Shown piece after piece: positions 61,780-64,000 of a stretch of 64,000 nt of DNA; position 1 is the stretch's first letter; the number at the start of each line of letters is the position of its first letter. The notes under the pieces are model-generated. The model did not search any database. It was not told the DNA's origin and worked only from the letters and a program-made list of their open reading frames with translations. This stretch comes from Balanoglossus misakiensis (lineage: Eukaryota; Animalia; Hemichordata): NCBI GenBank assembly GCA_040954595.2, contig CM082578.2:7425519-7489518 (forward strand), in the 5' to 3' direction. A program made the translations under genes and the position numbers.

Positions 61780-63702
61780 TGAAGTGTGACTCACCGCCTG
61801 TTAATGTCACCACACCAGTACCGGCAACCACAGAAAATTCCGGGACTGGTACGGTGAGTGAGTATGTCAGAGGCAAACCGTCCGGATCTGTACAGTCAAT
61901 ATCTTCGACCTATTTCAAAGATGGAGTAAAGAAAACAATAAACGATTAAAAGGGGCCAAAAGACAGTGGCATTCACCATACATTGTTTCTTTCGAGGTAT
62001 ACATGTACATCTAACAAATTCAGCCACAGTTATCATTTGAAGTTGAGATCTAGACAATCACAGGTTTTCTCAGGGTTGCCACACGAAAAATTGCACCACC
62101 AACATGAATAATCATTTGAAGACTGAGGCACGCCCTGTAAACAATATATCGACATAACCTTACGTAGATTAGGGGTGATTTTTATGCCTTTAACTAATAC
62201 CATTTAATCAATTTCATTTTACATGGCAAAGTAAGATTTTCGTGTTCCATAGAATATCTTGTCTTACCAAAGCTCCTGCGGTGGCGACATTTTCCACAAG
62301 TTGAACCACTATACTTTCCGATGTGCAAACTATCGGGGCGTCTCCAATGACGTCATTAACGGTCACTGTGACGGTGGTAGTGGCGGAGCGTTTTGGACTG
62401 ACTCCCTTGTCTTCGGCCAGGATGGTGAGGAGGACGGGACTTCCGGTTTCTTCGTAATCTACTTCGTTTTTCACCGTCACGGTACCGTTGACATTAATGG
62501 CGAAATTGTCATACAAATCGCCGTCTGAAAATAACAACAGTGTATCAGATTCAGTTCTCGGGAACGCGTCGGGATATGCACTTTTTTTAAAATTGTCAAG
62601 AATCAAGTCCGGATGGTTATCTTGAGATGTCGAAAGAATATCCTGACAACACTTACCGATGATTGAATATTCGACTTCTCCCTGGGGACCGATGTCTCCG
62701 TCTGTAGCAGTGATCGTAAACACGCTCGTTCCATAGGGTAGATCTTCGGTCGTCTGGACAACAAATGAGAAACTGTCATTTAACACAACGCTCATTTGAA
62801 GAAACCTGCAATTTTATCTAAGCGCATGAAAATCACCTGACACATGGCACTGCAGGTACAATGTCTAGGTATACATATACTGTAAGATGAATGTGTATGA
62901 TTGTGGACGCGTATTTTCCCATATAAAATCATTCTGTCACCACGATGTTGGTTTCACACTTATAGCGACAACTGCAGTAACTTTCACAATTTCATTTTTT
63001 TACATGTTCACATTTTCTTAAAATTGTGTGTGTTCTTACAGTTTCTTGTTCTACTCCAACATGTTGACATGCCCGGCACCCAGAATTCACAGATGTTCTT
63101 CACAGTGTATATACTAATACTTACAACGACTGTTGCAGGCACCGTAGCTCCAAACACAGGATCGTAATCATTCACGGGATCAATAGTGATGTAAACTGTT
63201 GCCGTGGCAGTTTGTCCACCTGGCGCGGGGCCGTCGGCGATTGTCACGACGAGTGTGTAACTGTCGGGGTAGGTGACGGGGTCATCCGGGTCGATCTGGA
63301 TCGGGTCCCTCAGCTCCAGCTGTTTGTTCGGGATGTCGAATTGGAACTGGCTGAGTCCCGGTGTGCCCAGCGGTAGGGTGGTGTCTCCTCCGAAAATCTG
63401 GAAGTCGAAGCTGGTGACCCCGGCGGAGTCGAGGTCAACCACGTCGAAATCCACCAGGACCGTCCCGGCGGTGGCGTCCTCCCTGACCACGACGGGCGCT
63501 ATCGGTCCGATGGTCGGGGGATTGTCGTTGACGTCCTGCACGTTTATCACCACGTCGACCGTGCCGGACTTCTGCGGTGTGCCGGAGTCGCTGACTTTGC
63601 AGCGGAGCGTGTAGGTCTGCTGCGTCTCGTAATCCAGCTTGGCCTTCAGACTGATATCACCGGTGGCCGCACTCATTGAGAATTTGGTCTGTCCACTCGT
63701 CG
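45505..63702 (-). CDS. Gene C: giant cadherin-related protein, tandem paralog of gene B; 5' end beyond the window
   Basis: 21 phase-consistent exons: 63702-63125, 62753-62657, 62524-62268, 61909-61795, 61472-61215, 61022-60789, 60572-60414, 60149-59373, 58892-58574, 58094-57988, 57748-55697, 55381-55259, 55028-52385, 51924-51671, 51171-49857, 49619-49474, 49206-49041, 48604-48459, 48031-47973, 47682-47652 (less certain), 45653-45505. Many exon lengths are identical to gene B (97, 257, 234, 159, 319, 107, 254, 146). Confidence 0.9.
46810..46815 (-). promoter_or_regulatory. Candidate proximal polyadenylation signal (gene C short isoform)
   Basis: TTTATT on + (AATAAA on -) about 180 nt downstream of the short-exon stop. 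Confidence 0.4.
46994..47025 (-). CDS. Gene C alternative short terminal exon (GGGKLPHVSE*)
   Basis: atctttcag|GT GGA GGG AAG TTA CCC CAT GTA TCT GAA TAG; 32 nt like B 19185-19216; AATAAA on the minus strand at 46815-46810. Confidence 0.65.
49041..49206 (-). CDS. Gene C transmembrane exon
   Basis: ALSDYPATHVEKYARSTSSFWTSDGGIATIAILSLLGLLALIGFCALIYYCCCANG; TM core GIATIAILSLLGLLALIG is identical to gene B. Confidence 0.88.
49857..51171 (-). CDS. Gene C exon: last EC repeats and first half of the SEA/MAD-like domain
   Basis: Matches ORF 49853..51133; ends ...RIGISHITVIGDVVTASARRLLQSSG. Confidence 0.92.
52075..52115 (+). repeat. Short (GATT)n/(GATC)n microsatellite in a gene C intron
   Basis: gattgattgattgattgattgatcgatcgattgattg. 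Confidence 0.8.
52385..55028 (-). CDS. Gene C largest exon (2644 nt), cadherin EC repeats
   Basis: Matches ORF 52381..55152; canonical splice sites. Confidence 0.94.
55697..57748 (-). CDS. Gene C large exon (2052 nt), cadherin EC repeats
   Basis: Matches ORF 55662..57644, extended to the acceptor caacag| at 57748. Confidence 0.92.
59067..59267 (+). repeat. Compound microsatellite (ATTC)n(ATCC)n(ATTC)n in a gene C intron
   Basis: Directly visible; source of the spurious IHSF/IHPS ORF. Confidence 0.97.
60252..60345 (+). repeat. Degenerate (CT)n tract in a gene C intron
   Basis: Interrupted ctctct runs. Confidence 0.75.
61542..61778 (-). repeat. Compound microsatellite (CTGT)n(ATGT)n on the minus (sense) strand, in a gene C intron
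   Basis: On + it reads (CATA)n followed by (CAGA)n. Confidence 0.97.
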
Positions 63703-64000
63703 CTGTGATAAAGTATAGAAATGCAAAAGATAAACTCCGTGCCACATTTTCAAATTGCAACGTACGCTGTGCGAATTTCAGAATTTCAAATCTGTTCTGA
63801 TCGTCAGAAATCTAAGTACAGTATAACAGAAACAAAAAAACCCTATATGTTGCATAATTAAGTCGACGTCTACACCCGCGACAACTTCCCTTCATGTCGA
63901 TTGCTTACACCAGTCACGTGTATCAGAAAGGTGGCAAATGTACTCGTCCCTCCCTCCACCTTTCATAACCCACGTTTGACGAAACTTGTCGAAAACACTC

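Noticed and set aside
509-63702. Clustered-protocadherin-like variable/constant exon system
   Set aside because: Each gene has its own multi-exon ectodomain, TM and tail. There are no shared constant exons, and A is on the opposite strand.
45505-63702. Gene C as an assembly duplicate (haplotig) or pseudogene of B
   Set aside because: Large regions and most introns are highly diverged and intron content differs. All reconstructed exons are open with consistent phase.
1-64000. CRISPR arrays, rRNA/tRNA genes, transposase or reverse-transcriptase genes
   Set aside because: None recognised. The DNA is eukaryotic and all tandem repeats seen are simple microsatellites without spacers.

Overview
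This is animal genomic DNA with AT-rich GT-AG introns, GC-rich exons and tetranucleotide microsatellites. A marine invertebrate is likely, but that is only an inference from sequence style. The window is filled by a cluster of three paralogous giant cadherin-related genes, reconstructed by hand from splice sites and reading phase. Gene A (+, 509-15737) is 5'-truncated by the window edge. Gene B (-, 42744-18339) is complete, with 28 coding exons and about 3885 aa. Gene C (-, >63702-45505) is 5'-truncated. Shared architecture: signal peptide (seen in B), about 33 cadherin EC repeats (estimated from B), a membrane-adjacent SEA/MAD-like domain with an R-x-L-L protease-type motif, one TM helix, a very Cys-rich juxtamembrane segment and a tail with no recognisable catenin-binding domain. 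No EGF or laminin-G domains are present, so these are not true Fat cadherins. Notable observations: (1) B and C share two conserved, phase-compatible alternative terminal exons, a 32-nt short one and a coiled-coil-like long one, both missed by the ORF track; (2) Ca2+-linker types alternate with a two-domain period, with a CDHR3-like Cys pair; (3) B and C show mosaic near-identity suggesting gene conversion; (4) B has a precise intron loss; (5) A and C carry the same compound microsatellite in a homologous intron. All exon models are manual predictions and need transcript confirmation.
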